A stretch of DNA of 35,414 bases. Source: an uncultured Bacilli bacterium (GTDB lineage Bacteria; Bacillota_I; Bacilli_A; RF39; UBA660). Shown in pieces: positions 8,481 through 17,677 of the stretch. Under the pieces are notes generated by a model. It saw only the letters and a program-made list of their open reading frames with translations. It was not told where the DNA came from and did not search any database. The position numbers and the translations under genes are program-made. Positions within the stretch are counted from its first letter, which is position 1. Each line of letters starts with the position of its first letter. Where the stretch lies: contig CANQDB010000002.1 of the NCBI GenBank assembly GCA_947591175.1, positions 1 through 35,414 on the forward strand, given 5' to 3'.

Positions 8481-9430
8481 TATTTTCCTCCTTCATCACT
8501 TCGAGGATGATATTTTTGATAATCTTCTTCGACTTGTTTATTGGATACGTGTGTATATATTTTAGTGGTCGATATATCTTGGTGCCCCAATAGTTCTTGA
8601 ATAGCTCTTAAGTCTGCCCCACCTTCTAGTAAGTGAGTTGCATAACTGTGCCTTAAGGTATGGGGACTAGCATTTGTCTTTATACCTTTTTCATCTAGAA
8701 GTTTCTTTAACATTTTAAAGACACCCTGTCTAGTAATAGGTTTTCCATGATTATTTAAGAAAAGATAATCACTTTGGTTTTTCTTTATTAACTGTGGTCT
8801 ATATTCTAAATAAGACTGTATGGCATTAAGCGCATAATCACCTAAGGGAACTATCCTTTCCTTTCTACCTTTTCCATAGACTCTTAGGACACAGTTTTCA
8901 AAATCGATATCCTGAAAAGTTAAGGAGATAAGTTCGGTAATTCGTAAGCCAGTTCCATATAACAATTCTAACATAGCCTTATTCCGATAGTCAAATATTG
9001 TGTCTAGGGGTATATCTAAGAGTCTATCTACTTCGGTATAAGATAAAGTCTTAGGAATCCTTTTTCGTAGTTTAGGACGTTCTATTAAAAGACTAACATC
9101 TTTTTTTAAGTAATCGTTTTTTAATAAGAATTTATGAAAGTTTTTGATGGCTGTTAGGTAATGAGCAACAGTCGTAGGTGATTCATGAGATTTACTTAGA
9201 CCGGCAAGAAAATTTTCGATATCTTGACTTTTGATATCTTCTAAGTTGGTGATTTCTTTCTTTTGGAGATAGAGTCTATATTTTTTTAAATCATTTTTAT
9301 ATGCTTTTCCAGTGTTAGACGTAAGTTGTTGTTCATACTGAACACTTTTTAAATATTCGTCTATAGCATTTTTAATGGGATTTTCTTCTTCCTCTTTGGA
9401 CTTATCGTTTACTGAATAAGTTTCTTTCAT
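8480..9430 (-). CDS. xerD: tyrosine recombinase XerD (RipX-like)
   Basis: C-terminal catalytic region HTLRHSYATHLLEGGADLRAIQELLGHQDISTTKIYTHV. Synteny with deoB/drm as for B. subtilis ripX. XerC cannot be excluded by eye. Confidence 0.75.
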   Translation of the reverse strand: MKETYSVNDKSKEEEENPIKNAIDEYLKSVQYEQQLTSNTGKAYKNDLKKYRLYLQKKEITNLEDIKSQDIENFLAGLSKSHESPTTVAHYLTAIKNFHKFLLKNDYLKKDVSLLIERPKLRKRIPKTLSYTEVDRLLDIPLDTIFDYRNKAMLELLYGTGLRITELISLTFQDIDFENCVLRVYGKGRKERIVPLGDYALNAIQSYLEYRPQLIKKNQSDYLFLNNHGKPITRQGVFKMLKKLLDEKGIKTNASPHTLRHSYATHLLEGGADLRAIQELLGHQDISTTKIYTHVSNKQVEEDYQKYHPRSDEGGK

Positions 9431-9525
9431 TATCTTTTCACATTCCTTTAATACCTACTATAATTATATCATAAACCTTTAAAAGAACGATTATTTTTGA
9501 TAAAATAAAAAAGAAGGTGAAAGAG

Positions 9526-10677
9526 ATGGAAATAGTTGGTATAATTGCCGAATATAATCCTTTTCATAATGGTCATATTTATCATTTAGAACAAGTAAAG
9601 AAGCTTTTTCCTGATAGTCTTATAGTATTAGTTTTATCAGGCTGTTTTACAGAAAGAGGAATCCCTAGTGTCATAAGTAAATGGGATAAAACGAGGTTAG
9701 CTTTAAAGTATGGAGTAGATTTGGTCGTAGAACTCCCCTATCCTTTTGCTACTCAAAGTGCTGATATTTTTGCTTATGGTGCTTTATCTTTATTAAATGC
9801 ATTAGGTGTTAACGATTTAGTTTTTGGAAGTGAATCAAACGATTTAGAAAGACTTGAAAGAATGGCTTCTATCGAACTACAAAATGACTATCAAGAATCA
9901 GTAAAAAAGATAATTCAACAAGGAAATAACTATCCTACTGCTCTAATGAAGGCTTTAAAGGAATACGGCGAAGAAGAAATAAGTGATCCTAACGATTTAT
10001 TAGGTATTACCTATATTAAAGTAATCAAAGAACAAAAGATGAAAATAAAACCTTTGACAATTGCTAGAACGAGCCCTTATCATGATGAAAAAGTCGAAGG
10101 TTCTATTGCTAGCGCTACAGCTATAAGAAAGGCTCTTATCGAAAAGAAAGATGTGTCTAAAGTTGTTCCTAAAGAAGAGCTTCCTTATTTACAAGGTTTT
10201 ATTCCAACGATGGAAGATTATTTTCCATTTTTAAAGTATCAAATAATTGCTAATAGTTGTAATTTAGATAAATTTCAATCGGTCGATGAAGGAATCGATA
10301 AAAGGATTCTAAAAGTATTATCAACCGTAAATAGTTATGAAGAACTAGTTCAAAAAGTTAAATCTAAGCGTTATACTCAGGCCCGTATTCAAAGAATGTT
10401 TTGTCATATTCTATGTGCTTTTACTAAAGAAGAAGCGAAACGTATGAAAGAAGTTTCGTATATTCGTTTGTTAGGTTTTAGTACTAAAGGCCAAAAGTAT
10501 TTAAATAAAAAGAAAAAAGAAATAGTTTTGCCAATTATCACGAGATACGCTCAAAGTGATGATGTTATGCTTGTCAAAGAAAAACAAGTAACGGAAATAT
10601 ATGCAAGTTGTTTTTCTAAAGAAGATCAAGAACGTATAGAAAAGATGGAGTATCAAACTCCACCTATTCAGTCTTAG
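9526..10677 (+). CDS. tmcAL: tRNA(Met) cytidine acetate ligase (YlbM/TmcAL nucleotidyltransferase)
   Basis: GIIAEYNPFHNGHIYHL motif. ATG at 9526 preferred (GAAGGTGA RBS 5 nt upstream) over the track GTG at 9517, which lies inside the RBS. Confidence 0.85.
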   Translation: MEIVGIIAEYNPFHNGHIYHLEQVKKLFPDSLIVLVLSGCFTERGIPSVISKWDKTRLALKYGVDLVVELPYPFATQSADIFAYGALSLLNALGVNDLVFGSESNDLERLERMASIELQNDYQESVKKIIQQGNNYPTALMKALKEYGEEEISDPNDLLGITYIKVIKEQKMKIKPLTIARTSPYHDEKVEGSIASATAIRKALIEKKDVSKVVPKEELPYLQGFIPTMEDYFPFLKYQIIANSCNLDKFQSVDEGIDKRILKVLSTVNSYEELVQKVKSKRYTQARIQRMFCHILCAFTKEEAKRMKEVSYIRLLGFSTKGQKYLNKKKKEIVLPIITRYAQSDDVMLVKEKQVTEIYASCFSKEDQERIEKMEYQTPPIQS

Positions 10678-10705
10678 TCTTTTTTGAAAATTTCTAAAAG
10701 ATAAA

Positions 10706-10733
10706 ACTAGAGTGTGCTCTCTAGTTTTTTTTT
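10706..10733 (+). terminator. intrinsic terminator of tmcAL
   Basis: ACTAGAG-tgtgct-CTCTAGT followed by T9. Confidence 0.7.
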
Positions 10734-10837
10734 AGTTCCTGTTATGGTCGGAATCACCGCTTTTTTAAGTTCCTATTAAAGCTGGAATCGCTTCTTTTTT
10801 CAGTTCCTCTTATAGTGGGAATCACTAGCTTTTTTTC
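10734..10837 (+). repeat. three abutting 34-bp units, each AGTTCCTnTTA + small hairpin with GGAAT loop + T6-7
   Basis: Units start at 10734, 10768 and 10802. The stems sit in the same register but differ in sequence (UGGU/ACCG, AAGC/GCUU, UAGU/ACUA), which is compensatory change. Loop GGAAUC and 5' AGUUCCU are conserved. Confidence 0.7.
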
Positions 10838-11060
10838 CATAAGGCATTATTAGTATATGCATTTCTGTACACTATAATCACTTATGTGCTACTAATATAT
10901 TATATTTTAATAATTTTGTCCATATTTAACCGTTAATTTTTAATCGATTTTATTTAAAAATCAAGAAAATAAGATGAACTAACACAATGGCGAAAAATAT
11001 GGTCTCTAAAGAAAAAATATAAATTGAGTTTTTTTATATGTCATTAATAAATAATTTTTA

Positions 11061-12464
11061 TTATTTTATTTCTTCAATTTTCATGAAGTTCGTATGGGCT
11101 TCCGTTGGAAAACCTCCGATTACGGCTACTAAATCACCTGTATTTAAATTTAACATTTCTTCCGTTGCCATAATACCAGTTCTTACGATACTATCTGTAT
11201 CACTTAAAAGTGGAACAAGTCTTGGATAGATTCCCCATTTTAATGAAAGAAGATGGCTTACTTTCTCATTTGTAACGGTTGCAATAATTATAGCATTAGG
11301 TCTAAGAGAAGCCATATCTAGAGCAGTTTTACCTGTTAGAGTCGAGACTACTACAGCTTTGATTGGTAAAGATTTCGTGGCTTTGACGGTACATTCGGCA
11401 ATAGTATTATGAATGGCTGTTCCTCTTAGTTTATAATCACTCAAGTTATATTTCGTAATTGATTCCGTCTTCTCACAAATAGATGTCATTGTCTTTACTG
11501 TTTCGACGGGATAATTTCCAATGGTCGTCTCATCACTTGTCATAATAGCATCACATCCAGCAAGGACGGCATTTGCAACATCTGTTACTTCGGCATTAGT
11601 TGGACGAATATTATTTTTCATGCTGTACATCATTTGAGTGGCCATGATGACACCTATACCATTTTTATGACAGGCATCGATCATTTTTTGTTGGTAGATT
11701 GGCAGATTTTCAATTCCGGTTTCAATACCTAAATCACCACGCGCGACCATGAGATAGTCTGAGACTTCGATGATATCATCTAGATGGTCGATAGCATACT
11801 GGGTTTCAATTTTAGAAATAATAGCCATATCAGGACGATTACAACTATTGCATATACCTCTTACTTGCTCTACGTCTTTGGCACTATTGACGAAAGATAA
11901 GGCTAAGAAGTCTCCACCCATCTCACAAGCTAGTCGAATATCCTCTTCGTCTTTTTCTGACATAAAAGGTAGATTTAGATGCACTCCTGGAATACAGACA
12001 CCACGATGACTCTTGATAACACCACTATTTTTAATTAGACAAGTTACACCATCTTCTTCGATTGACTCTACTTCAAGTTCGTAAAATCCATCTTCCAAAA
12101 GTATTTTGTTACCGACTGATAGATTATGAAGTATTCCTTGGTAATTTAGAGAAAACTCTTCGTTAGTACCTACTACTTCATGGTCGACTATTCTAATTTT
12201 ACTTCCTGCGACTAAATCTATTTCATCGTTTGCAAAGGCACCAGTTCTTAAATCGGGTCCTTTAGTATCAAATAAAAGTCCAATATTTGCTCCTAACTCT
12301 TTATTGGCTCTATCGACAAGAGACTTAACAACAGTTATATCTTCTTTAGTAGCGTGTGAAAAATTAACACGAGCCACGTTCATCCCTGCTTCGACTAAGC
12401 CTTTAAAAACTTCCCAATCTTGGGATTTAGGACCAATACTACAAATAATTTTCGTTTTTTTCAT
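11061..12464 (-). CDS. pyk: pyruvate kinase
   Basis: MKKTKIICSIGP..., VARVNFSHA and MVARGDLGIE motifs. 467 aa. Confidence 0.93.
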   Translation of the reverse strand: MKKTKIICSIGPKSQDWEVFKGLVEAGMNVARVNFSHATKEDITVVKSLVDRANKELGANIGLLFDTKGPDLRTGAFANDEIDLVAGSKIRIVDHEVVGTNEEFSLNYQGILHNLSVGNKILLEDGFYELEVESIEEDGVTCLIKNSGVIKSHRGVCIPGVHLNLPFMSEKDEEDIRLACEMGGDFLALSFVNSAKDVEQVRGICNSCNRPDMAIISKIETQYAIDHLDDIIEVSDYLMVARGDLGIETGIENLPIYQQKMIDACHKNGIGVIMATQMMYSMKNNIRPTNAEVTDVANAVLAGCDAIMTSDETTIGNYPVETVKTMTSICEKTESITKYNLSDYKLRGTAIHNTIAECTVKATKSLPIKAVVVSTLTGKTALDMASLRPNAIIIATVTNEKVSHLLSLKWGIYPRLVPLLSDTDSIVRTGIMATEEMLNLNTGDLVAVIGGFPTEAHTNFMKIEEIK

Positions 12465-12488
12465 TTAGCTTCTCCCCTTTCTATATCT

Positions 12489-13304
12489 TTATTTTTGACA
12501 ATTAGGACAATAATATGTACCTCTTCCACCAATAAATATTTTTTCGGTATCTCTATGGCAGATAGGACAAGTTTTGCGACCATGAATTGAAAGTTCATCT
12601 TGGAATCTTCCGTGAACTCCTTCTTCCGAAGTATAACTTTTAATAGTAGTACCACCCATTTCAATTGCCTTACTTAAAACTTCCTTCGTATGGGAAATAA
12701 TCTCATCACATTTCTTCTTCGACAAGGTATTTGCTTTTTGTTTAGGACTAATTTTACTCAAAAAGAGAATTTCGTCGTCGTATATGTTACCAATCCCTGC
12801 AATAATAGATTGATCTAGTAAGACTGTTTTAATCGGCAAGGTTTTCTTTCTTAATTTGGCATAAAGATACTCTTTAGTTAAAGTAGGATCATCGTATTCG
12901 AGACCTAGTTCGACTAAAGGCTTTTTAGAAAATGCCTCTTCTTTAGAAATGAGGACCATTTTACCGAATTTTCTAACGTCGTGATAACGCCATTCAATCT
13001 CATCGTCGAGAGTAAAGATGACGTGCTCATGTTTATTACGTGGAGCACCGATATCGCGGAAGAAAAACTTTCCTTCCATCCGTAAGTGAATTAATAAGTA
13101 ATCATTTGTTAACTCTACTAAAATCCATTTACCACGGGTCGTAACATCTAATATTACTTGCCCTACTATTTTCTTTTGGAACTCTTTCTTAGGAGGATAC
13201 TCTAAAATATTATCCCAAAAAACATCCATTTTGGTGATTTTTTTACCGACTATTTTTTTACTGAGACTTTTGGCCACAGTCACAACTTCTGGTTTTTCTG
13301 GCAT
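12489..13304 (-). CDS. mutM: formamidopyrimidine-DNA glycosylase
   Basis: N-terminal MPEKPEV (catalytic Pro2/Glu3) and C-terminal zinc finger CPICHRDTEKIFIGGRGTYYCPNCQ. polA-mutM order as in Bacillus. Confidence 0.9.
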   Translation of the reverse strand: MPEKPEVVTVAKSLSKKIVGKKITKMDVFWDNILEYPPKKEFQKKIVGQVILDVTTRGKWILVELTNDYLLIHLRMEGKFFFRDIGAPRNKHEHVIFTLDDEIEWRYHDVRKFGKMVLISKEEAFSKKPLVELGLEYDDPTLTKEYLYAKLRKKTLPIKTVLLDQSIIAGIGNIYDDEILFLSKISPKQKANTLSKKKCDEIISHTKEVLSKAIEMGGTTIKSYTSEEGVHGRFQDELSIHGRKTCPICHRDTEKIFIGGRGTYYCPNCQK

Positions 13305-13316
13305 AACTAAAACCTC

Positions 13317-15956
13317 CTACTTCGCTTCGTACCAATCGCTTCCACATTCGATATCTACTTTTAATGGTACATCTAACTTATATGTATTTTCCATAATATC
13401 ACGAACGATTTCTTTGACTGTGTCGCCCTCATCTTCTGCGACATCGAAAACTAATTCGTCGTGGACTTGGAGTAACATCTTACTTTTTAGACCCTTCTCA
13501 TTAAATGTTTTATATATTTCAATCATCGCTTTTTTCAAGATGTCGGCAGCACTTCCTTGAACGGGCGTATTTAAAGCCATTCGTTCACCTTGACTACGAA
13601 TCATATAGTTTTTGTTGTGTAGTTCTTCGATAGTTCTCTTACGATTCATAATAGTCTTTACATAACCTAATTTGTGAGCCTTAGCAATGACATCGTTCAT
13701 ATATTCCCGAATACCTGGATAAGTATTCAAATAATCGTTAATAAAGTTCTTAGCCGAAGCAATATCGATTCCTAAGTCTTCTGATAAACCGAAACTACTT
13801 ATTCCGTAAAGGATTCCGAAATTAACGGCTTTAGCACTTCTTCGCATATCTTTAGTGACTTCGTTTTCTTTGACGTGGAAGATATCCATGGCTGTTTTCA
13901 TATGGATGTCTTTACCTGATTTAAAGGCTTCGATTAAGTTTTCAGCATGGGCCATATGAGCAAACATTCTTAGTTCTATTTGCGAGTAATCACTAGATAA
14001 AAGGAAACAATTTGGCGATGGTAAGAAGGCTTTCCGAATTAATTTTCCATATTCTAGTCGGATCGGAATATTTTGAAGATTTGGACTAATCGATGATAAT
14101 CTTCCCGTTCTAGTTAATGTTTGCGTATAAATCGTATGAATTTTACCATCCGCATGGATTTCGTTCATTAAACCAATCGTATAAGTCGTATAAAGTTTAG
14201 ATAACATTCTATGTTCTAAGACTTTCTCAACAATCGGATAATTTGGAGCCAATTTATCGAGAATCTCTTTATTTGTCAAATAACGTTGTCCAGGATTAAT
14301 CTTTTTAGGATAAGGGAGCCCTAGTTTACTGAATAAAACATCACCTAATTGTTTCGGACTCATCAAATTAAATTCGACTCCAGCCATAGCAAAAACATCT
14401 TGTTCGATCTTATGCATTTGTTCTTTTAATTCTAAACTCATTTTTTCGAGGAACTCCCGGTCGACATAAATACCTGTGTACTCCATATCGGCTAACACTT
14501 CAGTAAGAGGCATTTCGATCTTCTCAAAAAGCGGGTAAGCTTCCTCTTTTTTTAGTTCTTCTTCGAAATCTTTAACGTTTTCATAGACGAATTTAGCTTT
14601 CTTAACAGCTAGTTCTGAGACAACTTCCAAAGGTGGTTCCTTAAGTCTACTATTGACGTTAACACTTCCAAAAACCTCTTCATAAAAAGGCATTTCATAT
14701 CCCATACTTTTAGCGAGATATGCTACATCATCTTTAACGTTTTTATTTAAGAGGTACGCTGCAATCATGGCGTCATATGAACAACTGTTGAGTTTACACT
14801 TATCGTATAAAAATGGCACTAGAGTTTTTTTCAAATCGTACGTGTATTTAGGAATATCATCGGCTAAGAAGTTAGGTACTTCCAAAAGTATTTGATAAGG
14901 AATAAAGGCCTGTATTTCATCACTATAAAGACCAATTCCAAGTTTTTTATCACGATGATAATTGTTACCTAGAATTTCTAAATAGAAAGCATATGGCTTA
15001 GTAAGTTTCAACTTTTCTAATTCTTCTTTAGTGGTAATATTTTTTATCTCTAGTTTTTCTTCTTCCTTCTTTTCATCTTTGATAAGGTCTTGAGGAATAT
15101 CTATTTTCTTAATCAATGAATAGAACTCCAAATTTTCTAATAATTCGATGTACTTCAAAGGATCGATTCCCCGATAACGAATACTTTCGAAATCGGTATT
15201 GATTGGAACTTCGCGATAGATGGTTGCTAAATCGTAACTCATGTAGCATGACTCTTTATCAAGTTCCAGTTTCTCTTTGACCTTACCTTTAACTTCATCT
15301 ATATGTTGATATAAATTATCGATTGTTCCATATTGTTTAAGTAGGGAGATAGCTGTTTTTTCACCGATTCCTTTGACACCTGGTATATTATCACTAGGAT
15401 CACCCATTAAGGCTTTTAAATCGATCATTCTAATAGGGTCAACCCCATAAGTTTCTTGGAACTCTTTAACGTGCATCCTGACAAACCCAACTTGTTTTAA
15501 TAGTTTCATATCTACTTTATCAGTCACTAGTTGTAATAAGTCTTTGTCACTACTGATGATAGTCGCCGTATAATCCGTACTTTCTTCGATTTTTTGGGCA
15601 AATGTACCGATTATATCATCGGCTTCGTAATTGTCGATTTCAAGATAAGTGATACCCATGGCTTCCGTCAATTGTTTTGCTACTGGGAATTGTTCAAGTA
15701 ACTCGTCGGGAGTCTTTCCTCTTCCACCTTTGTAATCCGGATATTTATCGTGTCTAAAGGTCTTGCCTTTATCGAAAGCAATCATCACATATTCTGGTTT
15801 TTCTTCGTTCAATATCTTATTAATCATATTGATAAACCCATAGAGGGCATTAGTCGGAAAACCTTTTGAATTTTTTAGATTGCTACCACTATAGGCCGTA
15901 GCATAATAGCTTCGGAATAAAATATTATTTCCATCAATTAAAATTATTTTTTTCAT
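13317..15956 (-). CDS. polA: DNA polymerase I
   Basis: 879 aa. Has the 5' nuclease N-terminus (ILIDGNNILFRSYYA) and polymerase motifs (LSSDYSQIELR, QVHDELVF). Confidence 0.95.
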   Translation of the reverse strand: MKKIILIDGNNILFRSYYATAYSGSNLKNSKGFPTNALYGFINMINKILNEEKPEYVMIAFDKGKTFRHDKYPDYKGGRGKTPDELLEQFPVAKQLTEAMGITYLEIDNYEADDIIGTFAQKIEESTDYTATIISSDKDLLQLVTDKVDMKLLKQVGFVRMHVKEFQETYGVDPIRMIDLKALMGDPSDNIPGVKGIGEKTAISLLKQYGTIDNLYQHIDEVKGKVKEKLELDKESCYMSYDLATIYREVPINTDFESIRYRGIDPLKYIELLENLEFYSLIKKIDIPQDLIKDEKKEEEKLEIKNITTKEELEKLKLTKPYAFYLEILGNNYHRDKKLGIGLYSDEIQAFIPYQILLEVPNFLADDIPKYTYDLKKTLVPFLYDKCKLNSCSYDAMIAAYLLNKNVKDDVAYLAKSMGYEMPFYEEVFGSVNVNSRLKEPPLEVVSELAVKKAKFVYENVKDFEEELKKEEAYPLFEKIEMPLTEVLADMEYTGIYVDREFLEKMSLELKEQMHKIEQDVFAMAGVEFNLMSPKQLGDVLFSKLGLPYPKKINPGQRYLTNKEILDKLAPNYPIVEKVLEHRMLSKLYTTYTIGLMNEIHADGKIHTIYTQTLTRTGRLSSISPNLQNIPIRLEYGKLIRKAFLPSPNCFLLSSDYSQIELRMFAHMAHAENLIEAFKSGKDIHMKTAMDIFHVKENEVTKDMRRSAKAVNFGILYGISSFGLSEDLGIDIASAKNFINDYLNTYPGIREYMNDVIAKAHKLGYVKTIMNRKRTIEELHNKNYMIRSQGERMALNTPVQGSAADILKKAMIEIYKTFNEKGLKSKMLLQVHDELVFDVAEDEGDTVKEIVRDIMENTYKLDVPLKVDIECGSDWYEAK

Positions 15957-16031
15957 TTATACTTCTCCTCGTAGATATTACAATTATAACACGCAATCGT
16001 TGTAAATTGAACAAAAAGAAAAAAATAACAT

Positions 16032-16193
16032 CTATTGGACGTTCATCGTTACTTTCTGATTACAAGCCTCGATATCTTCGATACTCTCTAGCATTTCAAT
16101 CCGATGCATCCCTAAGAGGCAAATTAACGCTACAATAATGTAGCCAACGATAACTCCTATTACTTGTTTTTTGATTCTCAATTTCTTTTTCAT
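16032..16193 (-). CDS. unannotated 53-aa small membrane protein divergent from lexA (candidate SOS-induced division inhibitor analog)
   Basis: Translation: MKKKLRIKKQVIGVIVGYIIVALICLLGMHRIEMLESIEDIEACNQKVTMNVQ. RBS GAGAGG/AAAGGA upstream. It has a consensus promoter with an embedded LexA-box-like site. The position mirrors yneA/sosA next to lexA. Confidence 0.45.
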   Translation of the reverse strand: MKKKLRIKKQVIGVIVGYIIVALICLLGMHRIEMLESIEDIEACNQKVTMNVQ

Positions 16194-16222
16194 AATCCTT
16201 TACCTCTCTTTCTTATACTTCA

Positions 16223-16251
16223 ATTATATTATCGAACAAACGTATAGTCAA
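16223..16251 (-). promoter_or_regulatory. consensus promoter (TTGACT-17-TATAAT) with a LexA-box-like site in the spacer
   Basis: Plus strand 16233-16246 reads CGAACAAACGTATA, against the Firmicute Cheo box CGAAC-N4-GTTCG. The left half is perfect; the right half matches GT only. Confidence 0.5.
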
Positions 16252-16270
16252 TATATTTTTGAAAAATTTT

Positions 16271-16309
16271 AAACATTTGTTTGACAGTTGACACTTTTTG
16301 TGTTAAAGT
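16271..16309 (+). promoter_or_regulatory. lexA promoter with overlapping LexA-box-like palindrome
   Basis: AAACATTTGTTT (GAAC-N4-GTTC with one mismatch per half) overlaps the -35 TTGACA. A 17-nt spacer is followed by the extended -10 TGtTAAAGT. Confidence 0.5.
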
Positions 16310-16330
16310 AAAATTAAAGGAGGAAGATTA

Positions 16331-16948
16331 ATGGAAAAATTAACAGATCGCCAACATGATATTTTACAAGTAATTAAAAAATTTATTGCTGAAAATGGGT
16401 TCCCCCCTACTGTTAGGGAGATAGGAGCGATTCTTAATTTAAAATCTCCTGCCACGACCCAATTTCATATTAAAAAAATCGAAGAGAAAGGATATATTAA
16501 AAAGTCGGCTACTAAAAATAGAACTATTGAATTATTAGTACCTAACGAATTTGAAGATAAGAAGGAAGATGTAGTTCAGGTTCCCCTACTTGGTAAAGTT
16601 ACAGCTGGAAGTCCTATCGAAGCTATCGAAGTTCCTAATGAGTTCTTTGCTTTGCCTGCTAATTTACTTCCTAAAAAGAAAGATGTATTTACGTTAAAAG
16701 TAAGTGGTGAATCGATGATAAATGTCGGTATCTACGATGGAGATATCGTAATCGTCGAGCGTAAATCGACCGCTAATAATGGAGATACGGTTGTTGCTAT
16801 GACTGACCAGAATGAAGTTACGATTAAAACTTTCTATAAAGAAAATGGTCACTTCCGTTTGCAACCGGAAAACGATACGATGGCTCCTATTATTTTAGAT
16901 AATGTCACTATCTTAGGTAAGGCTATCGGATTATATCGTAAGTTATAA
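16331..16948 (+). CDS. lexA: LexA repressor
   Basis: Winged-helix N-terminus (LTDRQHDILQVIKKFIAENGFPPTVREI), Ala-Gly cleavage site (VTAGSPI), catalytic SGESM and a downstream Lys. Confidence 0.93.
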   Translation: MEKLTDRQHDILQVIKKFIAENGFPPTVREIGAILNLKSPATTQFHIKKIEEKGYIKKSATKNRTIELLVPNEFEDKKEDVVQVPLLGKVTAGSPIEAIEVPNEFFALPANLLPKKKDVFTLKVSGESMINVGIYDGDIVIVERKSTANNGDTVVAMTDQNEVTIKTFYKENGHFRLQPENDTMAPIILDNVTILGKAIGLYRKL

Positions 16949-16952
16949 AATA

Positions 16953-16985
16953 AATAGAGTTCACGTTATGTGGCTCTATTTTTTA
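16953..16985 (+). terminator. terminator of lexA, overlapping the 3' end of the convergent tcdA
   Basis: AATAGAG-14 nt-CTCTATT followed by a T-run. Confidence 0.45.
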
Positions 16986-17668
16986 TCATTTAAAAAGTAA
17001 TTTATAATATATGACGTAATAAGTAACCCTGCAGTACTTGGAACTGGAGCAAAGGTTGGTATTTCTTTACCAATTGTTTTTTTTGGCGTTTCTTTTGAAC
17101 AAACGACATGAATCTTTCCTTTGATATTATTATCTTTAACCCATTTTCGTAAAATACGAGCGATTGGGTCATAATTTGTTTTACATAGATCAGTAAGGTA
17201 CAATTTACTTGGATCTAATCTTTTACCAGTTCCCATCGAAGTTATAAAAGGAATGTTTTTTTCCAAACACGTAGAAATCAAATTTTCTTTGGCTTTGATA
17301 TCATCACAGGCATCGACTAGATAATCGATTTTTTCCGAAAACAATATATCTTTTTTCGTTTCATCGTAAACAAAGTCGAACGTTTTAACCGCTACATCTT
17401 TATTAATATCTTTCAAGCGTTCTTCCCACGCATCTACTTTCTTTTTACCGATAGTTGAGTTTAAGGCAATTATTTGCCGATTGATATTAGAAGGCGCAAC
17501 AGTATCGTAATCAATTAAAATAAACGAGGAGATACCGCATCTTGCTAATGTTTCGACGACATAGCCTCCTACTCCACCAAGCCCGATAATGGCAATTGTC
17601 TTTTGACTCATTGCGTTAAAATCATCTTCACCAATCAATTTTATAAACCTTGAAAAAGATTCATTCAT
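16976..17668 (-). CDS. tcdA: tRNA threonylcarbamoyladenosine dehydratase (ThiF/MoeB family, YrvM/TcdA)
   Basis: Rossmann motif IAIIGLGGVGGYVVETLARCGI. Size and family are consistent with TcdA. Confidence 0.8.
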   Translation of the reverse strand: MNESFSRFIKLIGEDDFNAMSQKTIAIIGLGGVGGYVVETLARCGISSFILIDYDTVAPSNINRQIIALNSTIGKKKVDAWEERLKDINKDVAVKTFDFVYDETKKDILFSEKIDYLVDACDDIKAKENLISTCLEKNIPFITSMGTGKRLDPSKLYLTDLCKTNYDPIARILRKWVKDNNIKGKIHVVCSKETPKKTIGKEIPTFAPVPSTAGLLITSYIINYFLNDKK

Positions 17669-17677
17669 TTATCTTTC

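Noticed and set aside
8480-9430. Tyrosine recombinase considered as the integrase of a mobile element or prophage.
   Set aside because: It has full XerD-type catalytic motifs, housekeeping synteny with deoB and proximity to dif. No att-like repeats or phage genes lie nearby.
10734-10837. Possible mini-CRISPR array formed by the 34-bp repeats.
   Set aside because: The units abut with no spacers, only three copies exist, each ends in a U-run, and no cas genes are present.
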